Shown here: piece after piece, positions 1-14,420 of the stretch | Numbering within the stretch: the first letter of the stretch is position 1 | Layout: each line of letters begins with the position of its first letter | DNA from: Leucoraja erinacea | Taxonomy: Eukaryota | NCBI RefSeq assembly: GCF_028641065.1 | Contig: NC_073384.1 | Coordinates: forward strand, 16,926,001 to 16,990,000 | DNA length: 64,000 nucleotides | Direction: 5' to 3' | Program-made: the position numbers and the translations under genes | Notes under the pieces: model-generated | Told to the model about the DNA's origin: nothing | Databases searched by the model: none | Seen by the model: the letters and a program-made list of their open reading frames with translations, nothing else

Positions 1-350
1 GATAGACAGAGTTGACGTGGAAAAGCTTTTCCCACTGAGAGTAGGGAAGATTCAAACAAGGGAACATGACTTGAGAATTAAGGGCCTGAAGTTTAGGGGT
101 AACATGAGGGGGAACTTCTTTACTCAGAGAGTGGTAGCTGTGTGGAATGAGCTTCCAGTGAAGGTGGTGGAGGCAGGTTCGTTTTTATCATTTAAAAATA
201 AATTGGATAGTTATATGGATGGGAAGGGAATGGAGGGTTATGGTCTGAGCGCAGGTATATGGGACTAGGGGAGATTATGTGTTTGGCACGGACTAGAAGG
301 GTCGAGATGGCCTGTTTCCGTGCTGTGATTGTTATATGGTTATATGGTTA
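1..350 (+). mobile_element. CR1 LINE 3' end
   Basis: ORF2 C-terminus (FFTQRVVAVWNELP) and (GTTATATG)n tail; same family as the 3427-7908 element. Confidence 0.88.
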
Positions 351-355
351 TATTA

Positions 356-1390
356 GCAATGTTACAAAATTTTGAGATTTAAAAAATCAAGTCTGCAATT
401 TATCCCATCAGATAAAGCATAACAATAAGTTTAATTTGACATGTAATTCACTTTCATATCTCAAGTAATAAAAAAGTTATGGCCATTTTCATACTCGGAA
501 ATTAGCATCTTGTTCCCTATTGATTTTCTATGGACATAACAAAAAAGCTGTGATCGTGGACAGTCAAAAGCCCATAACCTTCTTAAAAATTAAGAGAACT
601 GAATGAAATTTTCAGTTATCACAGATTGAAGCATTCTGAAACAAATATAAAATAATCTTACTTGGATGACCTGAAATTAAAGCATATAATTAGTTAGTTA
701 CCCAATTGTAGCTAATTTCAAACTTCAATTACTAGATCTAAACATCTATCCATTTCTTAATAAATGATTAACATTTTTAAATAGCCCGTGTCCAAATAAT
801 ATTCACAAATAATTCACGATAAAACATGATTTTAAAATCTCATTTACATCAATTTATAGGCCAAATGGAAGGAATTTAGTGTTCAATTGCTGTAAATTAA
901 AGTCCATTTTAAATCGGCTTTCTAGTGGGTTCCTGTGAACGCGCTGGTTTAGAACGTTCACATTGCGCTGGATTTGTGCCCTCAAGTGCCCAGAAAAATA
1001 CTGCGGGATATAAAGAGCCCAAAATGAACTACTCGCTATAGAAAACTTTATATACAGGGTTCTTAAGAAGCCCCATTTAATGTAAAAATAAGGTACATAC
1101 CTTTAATTGTTTGCTTTATAAAACCCTGGGGCTGCGAGAGGTTGCGAGTTTAGAGAGTGATTTTTAGACTACTATAACTATTATACAAGGCCATAAAAAA
1201 CTAATAATACCTTTTGCGACGGGGTCTTCCAGCGATTTTCCGTTAATGATTTACTAGGCTGAACATTTTCGATTGCAACAGCCTAGTAAAAATCGCATTT
1301 TAAACCCGCCCCCTCTAAACAGCGCCAAAATCGCGCACACGGGGTAGGGCAGATGCTCAGCCACGATTCGGGTAGGTTTTGTAACATACC
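356..1390. mobile_element. Non-autonomous TIR DNA transposon (MITE-like)
   Basis: Left end GCAATGTTACAAAA and right end TTTTGTAACATACC form a 14-bp imperfect inverted repeat, flanked by TA (or TAG); AT-rich, no ORF; the CR1 tail resumes after it. Confidence 0.6.
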
Positions 1391-1499
1391 TAGTTGTATG
1401 GTTATAAAGTGGGCCAAAAGCGGTCAAGATCAGACTTTTAGTAATATAGTGGGATCCAGTTAATCAACTGGTTCCCATCTATAAAGTTAATCAACAGGA

Positions 1500-2220
1500 T
1501 AAAAAATTGGCTTCATGGAAGGCAGCAGAGGGTGATGGTGATGGGTTGTTTATCGGACTGGAAGTCTATGTGGTGTGTTCCAGGGATCGGTGCTGTGCCC
1601 ATTGCTGTGCAGTTTATATCAGCGATTTGGCTGAGAATGTAGAAGGCATGATTAGTGAGTTTGCAGTGACACTAAAATGGCTGATTTCATAGATAGTGAA
1701 GATAATTAATTTGTTACAGTAAGAATATTGTTAAGTGAGAATGTGTGCAAAGGAGATGTATAAGCATGTTGTCACAACTTGAAGGCCCTAACTATAACAA
1801 GAGGTTGGGCTGGCCAGGGTTTTATTCCTTGGAGCCCAGGAGGCCGAGGGATTACCTTATATAAATTTATAGGATCATGAAGGGGATAGGTAGTGTGAAT
1901 GCACAGTGTCTTTTACCCAGAGTTGGGGAATCAAGAACCAGAGGACATAGACGAGAGAGGAAAGATTCAATAGAAAACTGAGGGGCAACGTTTTCAAACA
2001 GAGGATGGTGGATATAAGGAATGATCTGACAGAAAAGGTAGTCAAGGCAGGTACGATAACTGCATTTAAAATACATGTGGACAGGTACATGGATAGGAAA
2101 GTTTTAGAGAGATATGGGGTAAGCCTGGGCCAGTGGAAGTAGTGCAGATGGGACATCTTGTGGTCAACTTGGGAATTTTGGACTGAAGGACCTGTTTCCA
2201 TGCTGTGTAACACTATGACT
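1500..2220 (+). mobile_element. Old degraded CR1 ORF2 3' fragment
   Basis: Decayed RT motif (ISEFAVTLK, equivalent to ISKFADDTK) and CR1-like 3' sequence. Confidence 0.7.
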
Positions 2221-3069
2221 CGTCCAAAAGTACATTAAAGGAAAGAGGGTAACTAGTGAGAGACTAGGTTTCCTCAGACATAAAGGTACTCTGCCTCAGA
2301 ATTTTATAAATGTTCCATTAGATTACCCCTCAGCCTTGGATGCTCTAGAGAAAATAGTCCACATTTATAATAATAATAACTTTATTTATAAAGCGCTTTT
2401 AGACAACATCAGTTACCACAAAGTGCTGTACATGGGAAGTCAACAAAAAGTTATTACAAACTACTAAAACCATTAAGACGACAGGACTATAAAAACAGTA
2501 AAAATTAAAATACATTAAAAGCACTAAAAACAGGAACAATGTCTCAGCCAGTGTCGAAAGCCAGTGAATAAAAGTAAGTTTTTAGGGAGGATTTAAAGAT
2601 TGACAGTGAAGGGGCCTGTCTGATCTGCAGCGGCAAGGTGTTCCAGAGTGCCGGGGCAGCAACAGAAAAGGCTCTATCCCCTCTGATTTATGCAACCTCG
2701 CCAGATAACTAATGCCCAGGCAGCATTCTGGTAAACATCTTCTACAACGTCTTCAAAGCCGCCACATCATTCCTGTAATGTGGTGACCAGAACTGCACAA
2801 ACAACTCTGCCCAACCAAAGTTTCATGCAGCTGCAACATGACTTGCCAGCTTTTACACTCAATGTCCTGGTCAATGACACCAAGTATATGGTAGACCTTC
2901 TTTACCAGGAGTCAAGAAACTAGAAATGAACTGCAACAGTGAAATTCTTACTTGCTGCAGCTTCCGACACACAGCTACACCAAGAAATAAATGCACTTTC
3001 AATTATGTTATCCTAAATAAATGGGGCGATGGCTGTGCAAAGACCCACCAAATTAGATGGAGCAATCAT

Positions 3070-3425
3070 AATAGTCCATAGTGGGGTGCTGAAGTAGGGT
3101 TGTGGTTCAAGAACTTGATTGTTGATGGGAAGAAGCTGTTCTTCAACTTGGAGGTAACAGCCTTCAGGCTCCTGTACCTTCTTCCTGATGGTACAGGGAG
3201 ATGAGAGTATGGCCATGATGATGCGGATCTGTTTCTTGGCACCATTTGGTCAGTTGATCGATCTCCCCCCAATACTCTGACTCATCATCATCCATAATTG
3301 GTTCAACTATGGTGGTGTCGTCGGCAGATTTGAAGATGGAATTGGAACTGTGTCCGGTCACACATTAATGGGTACAGAGTACGGGGCTGATCACCCAGCC
3401 TTGAGGTGCTCCTGTGCTGATGGTT
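3070..3425 (-). mobile_element. Rex1/Babar-like LINE RT fragment
   Basis: SNSIFKSADDTTIV...DESEY and SGRRYRSLK motifs, shared with the 50089-51280 copy. Confidence 0.7.
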
Positions 3426-3426
3426 C

Positions 3427-6400
3427 CTGATCAAGCAGGAAGTTTGGCTGTGAGGTGGAGGATATGCATTACTGATCACAGAGGCCCGGGATCGTTGGAG
3501 CGAGTGGAGGAGGGTCAGGGCTGTGAGTATATAAATCGAGCGCGGGGCTTGCTTTTACAGAGGCCCGGGATCATTGGAGCGAGTGGAGGAGGGTCAGGGC
3601 TTACCGAAATCCATACTCCATAGGGAGGGTTCTGGTGGAAGCCGCTGATTGGTGGAAGCAGACTAGAGGAAGCAGCTGATTGGGTGCAACCTCAGGTTAG
3701 CATTTCTGCTTTCTGGTTAAAGGTACAGTGCTTTAGTAAAGGTACAGTGAGCTAAGGGTACAGTGGACTAAAGGTACAGTGCTTTAGTAAAGGTACAGTG
3801 AGCTAAGGGTACAGTGCTTTGTGTTTATATAATAAAGGTGCAGTTTAATGGTCACGAGGGAGCAGCTGTTGTGAGTCAGATACCTGCTGATTTCTCCCTG
3901 CAGTTTCTATTGTATTATACTTGTATCGGATTCAGGGTAAGGTGGGAGAATGACGGCCAGAGCAGTGTACTGTTCGGGATGTCAGATATGGGAGGTCATG
4001 ATGTCGGATGGCCCTCCAGACGTGCACATCTGCACCAGGTGCAGTGAGATGGAGCTCCTAAGGGACCGTATTAGGATCCTGGAGCAGCAGCTCGATGACG
4101 TCTGTCTGGTCAGGGAGAGTGAGGAGGTCATTGAGGGGAGTTATAGGGAGGTGGTCACTCCAAAACCACAGGAGAGAGACATGTGGGTCATGCTAAGGAA
4201 GGACAAGGGGCAGAGGCAGGAACGAGTGAGTACTCCAATGTCGGTACACCTTGCAAATAAGTACTCCTGTTTGAGTACAGATGGGGGTGACAGCCTGCCC
4301 GTGGGGGTAGCGAGAGCGGACGGGCCTCCAGCACAGAGACCGGCCCTGTTGCTCCTGAAGGTAGGGACAAAAAGAAGAGGGCAATAGTAATTGGGGACTC
4401 TATTGTTAGGGGGTCGGATAGGCGATTCTGTGGACGCAGTCGGGAGACCAGGATGGTGGTCTGCCTCCCTGGTGCCAAGGTCTCGGACGTGTCTCAACGC
4501 GTCCAAGATATCCTGAAATCAGAGGGAGAGGAGCCTGAGGTTGTGGTACATATAGGTACCAATGACATAGGTAAAAAAAGGTAAGAGGTCCTGAAGGGAG
4601 GATTTAGGGAGTTGGGAGGAGAGTTAAGGAAAAGGACCAAAAAGGTAACAATCTCAGGATTACTGCCTGTGCCACACGACAGTGAGAGTAGGAATGGAGC
4701 GAGGTGGAGGATAAATGCGTGGCTGAAAGACTGGTGCAGAGGGCAGGGATTCAAGTTTCTGGATCATTGGAACTTCTTTTGGGGAAGGTGGGACCTGTAC
4801 AGAAAGGATGGGTTGCACTTGAACCCGAGGGGGACCAATATCCTGGCAGGGAAATTTGCAAAGGCTACTGGGGGGACTTTAAACTAGAATGGTTGGGGCG
4901 AGGGACTCAAATAGAGAAAGCTAGTAGTCAGAATGGGAGGCAGGAAGCAGAAAAGGGAAGCACTCGGGCACAAGAGGAGAAAGAAAAAAAAGGAAATAAA
5001 CAGAGAATAAGAGGCGGGGGGTTTCTTAAATGTGCATATTTTAATGCTAGGAGCATTGTAAGAAAGGTGGATCAGCTTAGAGTCTGGATAGACACCTGGA
5101 AGTATGATGTTGTGAAACATGGTTGCAGGAGGGCTGTGATTGGAAACTAAATATTCCAGGATTTCGGTGCTTCAGGTGTGATTGAATTGGAGGGGCAAGA
5201 GGTGGAGGTGTTGCATTACTAGTCAGGGAAGATATTACAGCAGTACTTTGGCAGGATAGATTGGAGGGCTCATCTAGGGAGGCTATTTGGGTGGAACTGA
5301 GAAGTGGGAAAGGGGTGGCAACACTTATAGGGGTGTATTATAGACCGCCAAATGGGGATCAAGAATTGGAAGAGCAAATATGTAAGGAGATAGCAGATAT
5401 TAGTAGTAAGCACAAAGTAGTGATTGTGGGAGATTTCAACTTTCCACACATAGACTGGGAAACACATTCGGTAAATGGGCTGGATGGTTTGGAGTTTGTA
5501 AAATGTGCGCAGGATAGTTTTTTGCAGCAATACATAGAGGTACCTACTAGAGGAGGGGCAGTGCTGGACCTCCTGTTAGGAAATGAGACGGGACAGGTGA
5601 CGGAGGTATGCGTTGGGGAACACTTCGGGTCCAGTGATCACAATACCATTAGTTTCAATATAATTATGGAGAGGGTCAGAACTGGACCTAGGGTTGAGAT
5701 TTTTGATTGGAGAAAGGCTAACTTTGATGAGATGCGAAATGATTTAAAAGGAGTGAACTGGGACATTTTGTTTTATGGGAAGGATGTAGAAGAGAAATGG
5801 AGGACGTTTAAAGAGGAAATTTTAAGAGTACAGAATCTTTATGTTCCTGTTCGGTTGAAAGGAACCAGTAAAAATTGGAAAGAGCCCTGGGTTTCAAGGG
5901 AAATTTGACATCTTGTTCGGAAAAAGAGGGAGGTCTACAATAATTATAGGCAGCATGAAGTAAATGAGGTGCTTGAGGAGTATAAGGAATGTAAAAAGAA
6001 TCTTAAGAAAGAAATTAGAAAAGCTTAAAGAACACATGAGGTTGCTTTGGCAAGTAAGGTGAAAGTAAATCCAAAGGGTTTCTACAGCTATATTAATAGC
6101 AAAAGGATAACGAGGGATCAAATTGGTCCATTGGAGAGACAGAGTGGACAGCTATCTGCAGAGCCAAAAGAGATGGGGGAGATATTGAACAATTTCTTTT
6201 CTTCGGTATTCACCAAGGAGAAGGATATTGAATTATGTGAGGTAAGGGAAACTAGTAGAGTAGCTATGGATACTATGAGTTTCAAAGTAAAAGAAGTACT
6301 GATACTTTTGAAAAATATAAAAGTGGATAAGTCTCCAGGTCCTGACAGGATATTCCCTAGGACATTGAGGGTGAGTTAGTGTAGAAATAGCTGGGGCTAT

Positions 6401-7908
6401 GACAGAAATATTTCAAATGTCATTAGAAACGGGAAAAGTCCCCGAGGATTGGCGTACTGCGCATGTTGTTCCATTGTTTAAAAAGGGTTCTAAGAGTAAA
6501 CCTAGCAATTATAGGCCTGTTAGTTGGAGTTCAGTGGTGGGGAAATTAATGGAAAAGATACTTAGAGATAATATATATAAGCATCTGGATAAACAGGGTC
6601 TGATTAGGAACAGTCAGCATGGATTTGTGCCTGGAAGGTCATGTTTGACTATTCTTCTTGAATTTTTTGAAGAGGTTACTAGGGAAATTGATGAGGGTAA
6701 AGCAGTGGATGTTGTCTATATGGGCTTTAGTTAGGCCTTTGACAAGGTTCCTCATGGAAGGTTGGTTAAGAAGGTTCAACTGTTGGGTATAAATGCAGGA
6801 GTAGCAAGATGGATTCAACAGTGGCTGAATGGGAGAAGCCAGAGGGTAATGGTGGATGGTTGTTTGTCGGGTTGGAAGCAGGTGACTAGTGGGGTGCCTC
6901 AGGGATCAGTGTTGGGTCCTTTGTTGTTTGTCGTGTACATCAATGATCTGGATGAAGGTGTGGTAAATTGGATTAGTAAGTATGCAGATGATACCAAGAT
7001 AGGGGGTGTTGTGGATAATGAAGAGGATTTCCAAAGTCTACAGAGTGATTTAGGCCATTTGGAAGAATGGGCTGAAAGATGGTAGATGGAGTTTAGTGCT
7101 GATAAATGTGAGGTGCTACACCTTGGCAGGACAAATCAAAATAGGACGTACATGGTAAATGGTAGGGAATTGAAGAATACAGTTGAACAGAGGGATCTGG
7201 GAATAACCGTGCATAGTTCCTTGAAGGTGGAATCTCATATAGATAGGGTGGTAAAGAAAGCTTTTGGTATGCTAGCCTTTATAAATCAGAGCATTGAGTA
7301 TAGAAGCTGGGATGTAATGTTAAAATTGTACAAGGCATTGGTGAGACCAAATCTGGAGTATGGTGTACAATTTTGGTCACCCAATTATAGGAAGGATGTC
7401 AACAAAATAGAGAGAGTATAGAGGAGATTTACTAGAATGTTGCCTGGAGTTAAACAACTAAGTCGCAGAGAAAGGTTGAATAAGTTAGGTCTTTATTCTC
7501 TGGAGTGCAGAAGGTTAAGGGGGGACTTGATAGAGGTCATTAAAATGATGAGAGGGATAGACAGAGTAGATGTGGATCAGCTTTTCCCTTTGAGAATAGG
7601 GAAGTTTCAAACAAGAGGACATGACTTCAGAATTAAGGGACAGAAGTTTAGGAGTAACATGAGTTCCTTCTTTACTCAGAGAGTGGTAGCGGTGTGGAAT
7701 GAGCTTCCAGTGGAAGTGGTGGAGGCAGGTTCGTTGGTATCATTTAGAAATAAATTGGATAGGCATATGGATGAGAAGGGAATGGAGGGTTATGGTATGA
7801 GTGTAGGCAGGTGGGACTAAGGCAAAAAAGTTGTTCGGCACCGACTAGTAGGGCCGAGATGGCCTGTTTCCGTGCTGTAATTGTTATATGGTTATATGTT
7901 ATGTTATA
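3427..7908 (+). mobile_element. Near full-length, inactivated CR1-clade LINE (ORF1 Zn-finger/esterase; ORF2 endonuclease-RT)
   Basis: ORF1: CxxC...CxxC, coiled coil, SGNH esterase motifs (GDS, GTND, DGLHLN). ORF2: APE motifs (YRPP, VGDFNFP, SDH), RT (PGPD, NYRPVS, GVPQGSVLGP, YADDTK). (TTATATG)n tail; several stops and frameshifts; short tandem repeats in the 5' UTR. Confidence 0.93.
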
Positions 7909-9249
7909 TTAGGGAGAAGTTCACAGTGGCACTTGGAGAGGACATACTAGAGGATTAATCCACTGTGGGTAGTTTAGTCACAGCGGGTAAAGTTCACATT
8001 AAACAAAGGCACGATCATGCTGACGGGATGATATAATGGGCCCTCCAAAAACCAGCAGGAAATAGAACAAATATATAAACTGATTACAGGAAACTTTAAA
8101 ACTATCAGGGTTGTCAGAAAGAGCGATTTTTTAACTTCCCCAATATTAACTCAGACTTCCTTTGTGCTAGAGGCATAGTTAGGGCAGGGTTTGTTAGATT
8201 CAATCCGGAAAGCGTTCTTGAAAAGTGTGTGGGTAGTTAAATTCGAAAAGTGATCTTACTGGAATGTACTGGTATTTGGTTCTAGCCATGCGACTGACAT
8301 TTATTGCCGTCCAATGTACCCAACCTTGACAACCATGTCCCTCCTCCTGACTGGAACATGCCGGTTTTGAACTTTTGATCATTTGGACTTTAATAGGCCC
8401 CCGCATGTCAGATGTGAACTTACCCAATAACAATAGAGTCATAGAGTCAATAGAGTCCCAGGGAGCCGTACAGACCTGATTCACCCACCGAAGAACCACG
8501 CCGCCAACCGGAACGCACCCCGGTAGGCCCTACTCACCCAGGGGCCTGACTTGCACATGCCTCCCAGGGGACTGCAGAGAACCCGGGCAGCAAGGCCTGT
8601 CTGTGCCAAAGGAGTCCGGGGCGGTGTGAGCCTCGGCAGCAATGGGAACCTTGGCGGCGGTGGGGCCTCGGCGGTGGTGGGGCCTCGTGATTGTCATGCG
8701 ATCAGCGATCGATGTGCGTGCGAGTGGGAGGGGAAGACAATGGAGGACCTGGCGCGGGGGACCACCAAGAAGAACAATGGAGGACCCAGCGTAGGACGAC
8801 CGCCATGAGGGAAGGTGGGAGAACAAAGGAACCAGTGTGGGTGAGGGGGTGGGGACTCTAGTGTTAGAATCCTCTGCCCAGGAGATAACCCTGTGTTTGT
8901 TTGTTTGTTCATTCCAGTTAAGCAACTGTACACATGACAGCCAGCCAACAGTCACTTGTCTTTTTTTTTCACTTTTATTTTAATTTAAATTTAATTTCAC
9001 GTTTTCGTGTTCCTGTTGTGTGTTGTGACTGTTGGCAGACCAATTCCCCTCTGGGTATGAATAAAGTTCTATCGTATCGTATCATACAGTGTGGAAACAG
9101 GCCCTTCGGCCCAACTTGCCCACACAAAACAACATGCCCAATCTACACTAATTCCATCTGCCTGCATTTAGTCCATATCCCTCTAAACCTGCCCTATCCA
9201 TAGTCATGGAATCATATGGGACCTTCTGTCATACATGTCCATGTCTAAT

Positions 9250-9575
9250 GTTGGGGAAGTCCAGGACAAGGGGTCACAGCTTAAGGATAAGGGGGAAATC
9301 CTTTAAAACCGAGATTAGGAGAACTTTTTTCACACAGAGAGTGGTGAATCTCTGGAACTCTCTGCCACAGAGGGTAGTTGAGGCCAGTTCATTGGCTATA
9401 TTTAAGAGGGAGTTAGATGTGGCCCTTGTGGCCAAGGGGGTCAGAGGGTATGGAGAGAAGGCAGGTACGGGATACTGAGTTGGATGATCAGCCATGATCA
9501 TATTGAATGGCGGTGCAGGCTCGAAGGGCCGAATGGCCTACTCCTGCACCTAATTTCTATGTTTCTATGTTTCTA
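9250..9575 (+). mobile_element. CR1 (HER1-like) 3' fragment
   Basis: RTRGHSLRIRG...FFTQRVVNLWNSLP and (TTTCTATG)n tail. Confidence 0.85.
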
Positions 9576-11860
9576 ATTGTTTCTTAAACTCCCAACTTAC
9601 TTTTGCTAGTTGCTACCTAATATTGTTGTAATTTGCTGTACTACAATTTAATACCTACCCCCAAGGTCCAGACCTGTCTTTATTCATAACTATCTTATAG
9701 CTTATGACGATATGAGGCTATGAATGAGAATAAGTCTGGACCTTGGGACAAGTTGTTGAGGAAAGGAACTTTGGATGACGAAGGAGGTCGAAATTTGGTC
9801 CAAAAGAAAGAGCAAGCATATGTAAGCATAACCTGGACGTAAATGTAGATGGCTAGGTAAGTAAGTTTGCAGACAACACCAAAATTGGTGGAGTTGTGGA
9901 CAGTAAGGAAGGTTGTCAAAATATACAATGAAATACAGAAATAGGTGGAGAAATGACAGTTGCAGTTTAATCTGAGCAAGTGAATGGTGTTGTACTTTGG
10001 GAGGTCAAATTTAAGGAAAAAGTAAGACATAAGTGTTGTAAGATTTGGTGTTCATAAGCTCAGATATAGATACTGGTTTACCAAAAAAGACACAAAGTGC
10101 TGGAGTAACTCAACTGGTCAGGCAGCATTTCTGGAGAACACGGATAGGTGTCATTTTGGGACAAGGCACAAAGTGCTGAAAGGAATTTCTGGAAGTTGTG
10201 GATGTGTCCCAGTCCATCACATGGACCAATATCCCCACCAATGACTCCATCTACACTTCACATTGCCTTGAGAAAGAAGCCAACAAAATCAATATGTATT
10301 TGTTGTCTATCCTGACTGATTGTGGTCAGGAAGTCAAGGATCCAATTGTAGAGGTGGGTACTGACTCATCAGTTCAGGAGTTTGGAGAGCATATTGACTG
10401 GTTGCATCACGGCCTGGTAGTGCAACTCAAACATCCAGGAATAAAGAAGAATGTAAAAAGTGGTGAACACTGCACAGTCCATCACGGGTATTGACTTCTC
10501 TACCATCAAAGGACCTACAGGAGTCACTGCCTCAAAAAGGGAGCCAGCATCATCAAAGACCCACACTCTCTCATTTGGCTGGACTTATGGTGTTCAAGGT
10601 TGTAGATTGATGATGCATGTGAACCAATCACACATAAGCCAGCATCACTAACTCCACCCCACTATAACACTTATACTAACACTCGTTTCCAGCACTGCAG
10701 TTCGAGCAGCTAGGATGCACTGACAACCTGTCGTCCTCAACGCTGCTAAGTTTCAAGTGCTCATTAAAGATGTGTTTAAATCACACACTGTCTCTGGCTC
10801 TTGTTTACAAAGGTGAAGCTATGGTCAATAATAATAGGAGTCTGGTGTAGGTTCGGCAAAGGCTTGGCGAACAACGTAACCAGGAAGGAGCTGGAGAAGT
10901 CGGATGCAAGGGGCAAGGACCGGTGTCGGAGGGTGAACCGGGGTAATGCCTCCAGCGTCTTCAAGGTTGGCTGCAGGAGGTACCCTCAGGACACAAAGAT
11001 GGCCAGAGAAGGAAAGGAGAGAGGAATGATGCTCCAGTGTATCGAGCGTGGGGGCCGACTGGACATAATAACGCCAATAATGTCAGCGCCCGCATGTGTA
11101 ATATGTGCAAGAGGAATTTCTCTGTGCAGTTGCATATGTGACAAATAAAGCACTATTGAGGTGTCCTTGTTAACCAGGTGTTGCACAGCCAGGGAAATGA
11201 CGTCTGCTGTGGACCGGTTTTGGTGGTAGGTGAATTGCAATGGATCAAGACTAGATAGGGCTCTTAAAGATAGCAGTCAGGGGATATGGGGAGAAAGCAG
11301 GAACGGGGTACTGATTGGGGTTGATCAGCCATGATCACATTGAATGGTGGTGCTGGCTCGAAGGGCCGAATGGCCTACTCCTGCACCTATTGTCTATTGA
11401 CAAGGACTGGAGTTATTGTGTGTCATGACCAGCCTTACAAAGCTACTGTGGAATATGAACAATGCTTCACGTCTGTCAGTCCCTTAGGCTATTTTCATGC
11501 TGTTTGCCCTTTTTCTCTTATGGTTACATTTCCTAAATTTCTTCATATTATGAGTTTGCAGATTATATAGTTTTGGCACTTAAAGGAAATGCACTGAATT
11601 GTTTTTTACTGTGATACCTGAATTACCTGACCAAATTTTGCAGGAAAACGTTATCATGAAATCTGAAGTCATTTACATTGGATAAGCCTTTTTAAAAAGC
11701 AATGAAAGAGGAAGTTAGCTCTAAATAAAACCACATCAGTTATTTTAGAGGGACTATTTTTAAATTATAACAACTGACACATTAACAGAAGTTTGTCAAG
11801 CCTCAATTGTATTAAACATGATAAAAATGGAGAAACCAGTCCTTCATTAACTTGAGCAGC

Positions 11861-12080
11861 GGGGCAGCACAGTGGTGCAGCGATAGAGTTGCTTCCTTAC
11901 AGCGCCAGAGACCCGGGTTAGTTCCTGACCACGGGTACTGCCTGTACAGAGATTTTTTATGTTCTCCCTGTGACTGCGTAGGTTGTCTTCGGGCCCTCCA
12001 ATTGCCTTCCACATTCTTAAAACATGCAGGTTTGTGGGTCAATTGGCTTCTGTAAATTATCACAAATATATAGGATAGAA
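11861..12080 (+). mobile_element. tRNA-derived SINE (HE1/V-SINE-like)
   Basis: Head GGCAGCACAGTGGTGCAGCGATAGAG...GACCCGGGTTAGTTCC with A/B-box-like motifs and a body shared with many copies in the window. Confidence 0.7.
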
Positions 12081-12109
12081 CTAGCCTTTTCTTTTTCTTT
12101 TTCTTTAAT

Positions 12110-12820
12110 CTTTAGCGATATAGTGTGAAAACGGGCCCTTCAGCCCACCGAATCCATGCCGACCAGTGATCATCCCGCACACCAGCATTATACTACATAC
12201 TAGGGACAATTTTACAATTTCTACCAAAGCCAATTAACCTACAGATGATCAGATGATCAGCTGTTCCTGATTGAGCCAAAGACTAAGCGGAAGCTCAGAG
12301 GGGACCGTGCCTTTGCTGTGTCGGCTCCGAGATTGTGGAATGAATTGCCTCTGCACGTTAAACAGGCCCCTTCTCTAGCTGTTTTTAAGTCACTCCTGAA
12401 GACATATCTATTCTCCGTGGCCTTTGTAGACCAGTGAGGTGTTGAATTGTTTATTAACTTTATTTGCTTGGTTTTGCTGCGTTGCTCGTACTCGTTTTTT
12501 ATGTTTTTTTAATTTATTGTTTGGATTTTCGTATGTAATTTATGCGCCTAGTGTTAGTTGTATGTTCTGTTGTTCTGCCTGTTTTATGATGTCTTGCTTG
12601 TTTTCTTTTTTCTGTACAGAACTTTGATCAGCTTTGGTTGTTTTTAAGGTGCTTAACAAATAAAGTTATTATTATTATTATTATTACAATCCTGTATATC
12701 TTTGGAGTGTTGGAGGAAACCGGAGCACCCGGAAAAACAGACAGCAACTGTAGTTAGGGTGAACCCGTGTTTTTTTTGCACTGTAAGGCAGCAACTCTAC
12801 CGCTGCGCCACCGTGCCACC
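12110..12820 (-). mobile_element. HE1-like SINE interrupted by an L2-like 3' fragment (~12250-12685, + strand, (TTA)n tail)
   Basis: SINE halves on both sides of a segment encoding GDRAFAVSAPRLWNELP that ends AATAAAG(TTA)n. Confidence 0.6.
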
Positions 12821-14391
12821 CAGTGTATGGGTGATTGCTAGTCGGCGCGGATTTGGTGGGCCGCTGTATCTTTAAACTAAACTAAAACCCTGTGGACCAT
12901 GGTCAAACTCGTAACGGGTTTTCGACAAGGGAGGGAGAAACTTTCTGCCAAAAGTGGAAAACTGAGGATGCGGGTAACCTCATTACTTCCTTTTCAGAGA
13001 AAATGCAAAAGCATGCAGGATAAAATAGAAATCCTTGCAAAGTAATTTGTAATGTAATTTCCCTCTTCTGAAATATGTTACTTGACAGATTGCACAATTT
13101 CTTGTTCAGAGGCACCCTTAAATTTCTGCAGGCTCAACGTAAATGTAGTTCGCCTGCCTTTTTGTCAATAGTACTTAACTCACGTGCATCAAGAAATACT
13201 CAGAGTTAGCATTTAAAAATAATCCCTCCAAAATAAGCAGATGTGGTTTTCTTTAGAGTTGAATTCATCTCCACTGCTTGTTAGAAATACATTTAACAAT
13301 GTGAATAAATTCAATTTCAGGATGATATTGTCCCTTGAAAAATGTGGTCACTCATCACACATCTCTCTGCTCAACTTTAGGTCGCCTCATATAAGTCAGA
13401 GTGTGGTGAATCTGTGGAATTCATTGCCCCAGTAGTCTGTGGAGGCCAAGTCAATGGATATACAGTATTTAAGGCGGAGATTGACAGATTCTTGATTGCT
13501 ACGGGTGTCAGAGATTATGGGGAGAAGGCAGAAGAATGGGGTTGAGAGGGACAGATAGATCAGCCATGAATGAATGGCCAAGTATACCTGATGGGCCGAA
13601 TGGCCTAATTCTTCTCCTATAATTTATGAAGATACTTCCATGCTGGCCTCTCATACATTCCTCATTGCTTTCAGTCAGCTATTGATGGTCATGCCTTTAA
13701 CATGCACCCCTCATTACCCCCTCTTCCACCACTCCCCCCTCCCACCCCCTGTCCAAGCTCTCTTCCTATCTCCTCCTTTCTTAAAATGTAGTACTCTGAT
13801 CAAGTGTTTCACACAAGCATAGAACAGTACAGCAGAGGGAAAGGTTCTTTGGCCCACCATATCTGTGTCGAACATGATGCCAATTTAAACTATTCCCATC
13901 TGCCTGCACATGGTCTCACCATTCTCTACTTGTTAATGTCTATGTCGAAATGTCTATAAACTATCACTCAGATCTGCCTCCACCACTTCCCCTGGCAATG
14001 TGTTCCAGGAACCTAACACTCTGTGAAAACAAGAACTTGCCTCATATATATTCTTTAAACTTTCCTACTGTCATCTTAAAGCCTTGATATCTAATGTTTG
14101 ACATTTCTACCCTGGAAAAAAAGACTGAATATTCTAACTGGTCTATGGTGCTGTAGTCAGGCGACTCTGCGTGCAGGTCCCAGAAGGGGATTTATGATCA
14201 TACATTACAATTGCTCCACTCATCTAAATCTTTATATCTACAGCAACATTTCTTACTCTAACTATGCTCTTCTTAATCTCCTCTCTGACTCCTGGGACCA
14301 AAGGACCTCCCGGAATGACTCTTGGATGGTACACAAAAGTGCTGGAGAAACTCAGCGGGTGCAGCAGCATCTATGGAGCGAAGGAAATAGG

Positions 14392-14420
14392 CAACGTTTC
14401 GGGCCTAAACCCTTCTTCAG
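14392..14420 (-). ncRNA. Minimal hammerhead-ribozyme-like motif in a Penelope-terminus repeat
   Basis: Minus strand reads CTGAAGA-A-GGG-TTTAGG-CCC-GAAA-CGTTG. Confidence 0.45.

Noticed and set aside
3950-7820. Active autonomous CR1
   Set aside because: Both ORFs are broken by multiple stop codons and frameshifts.
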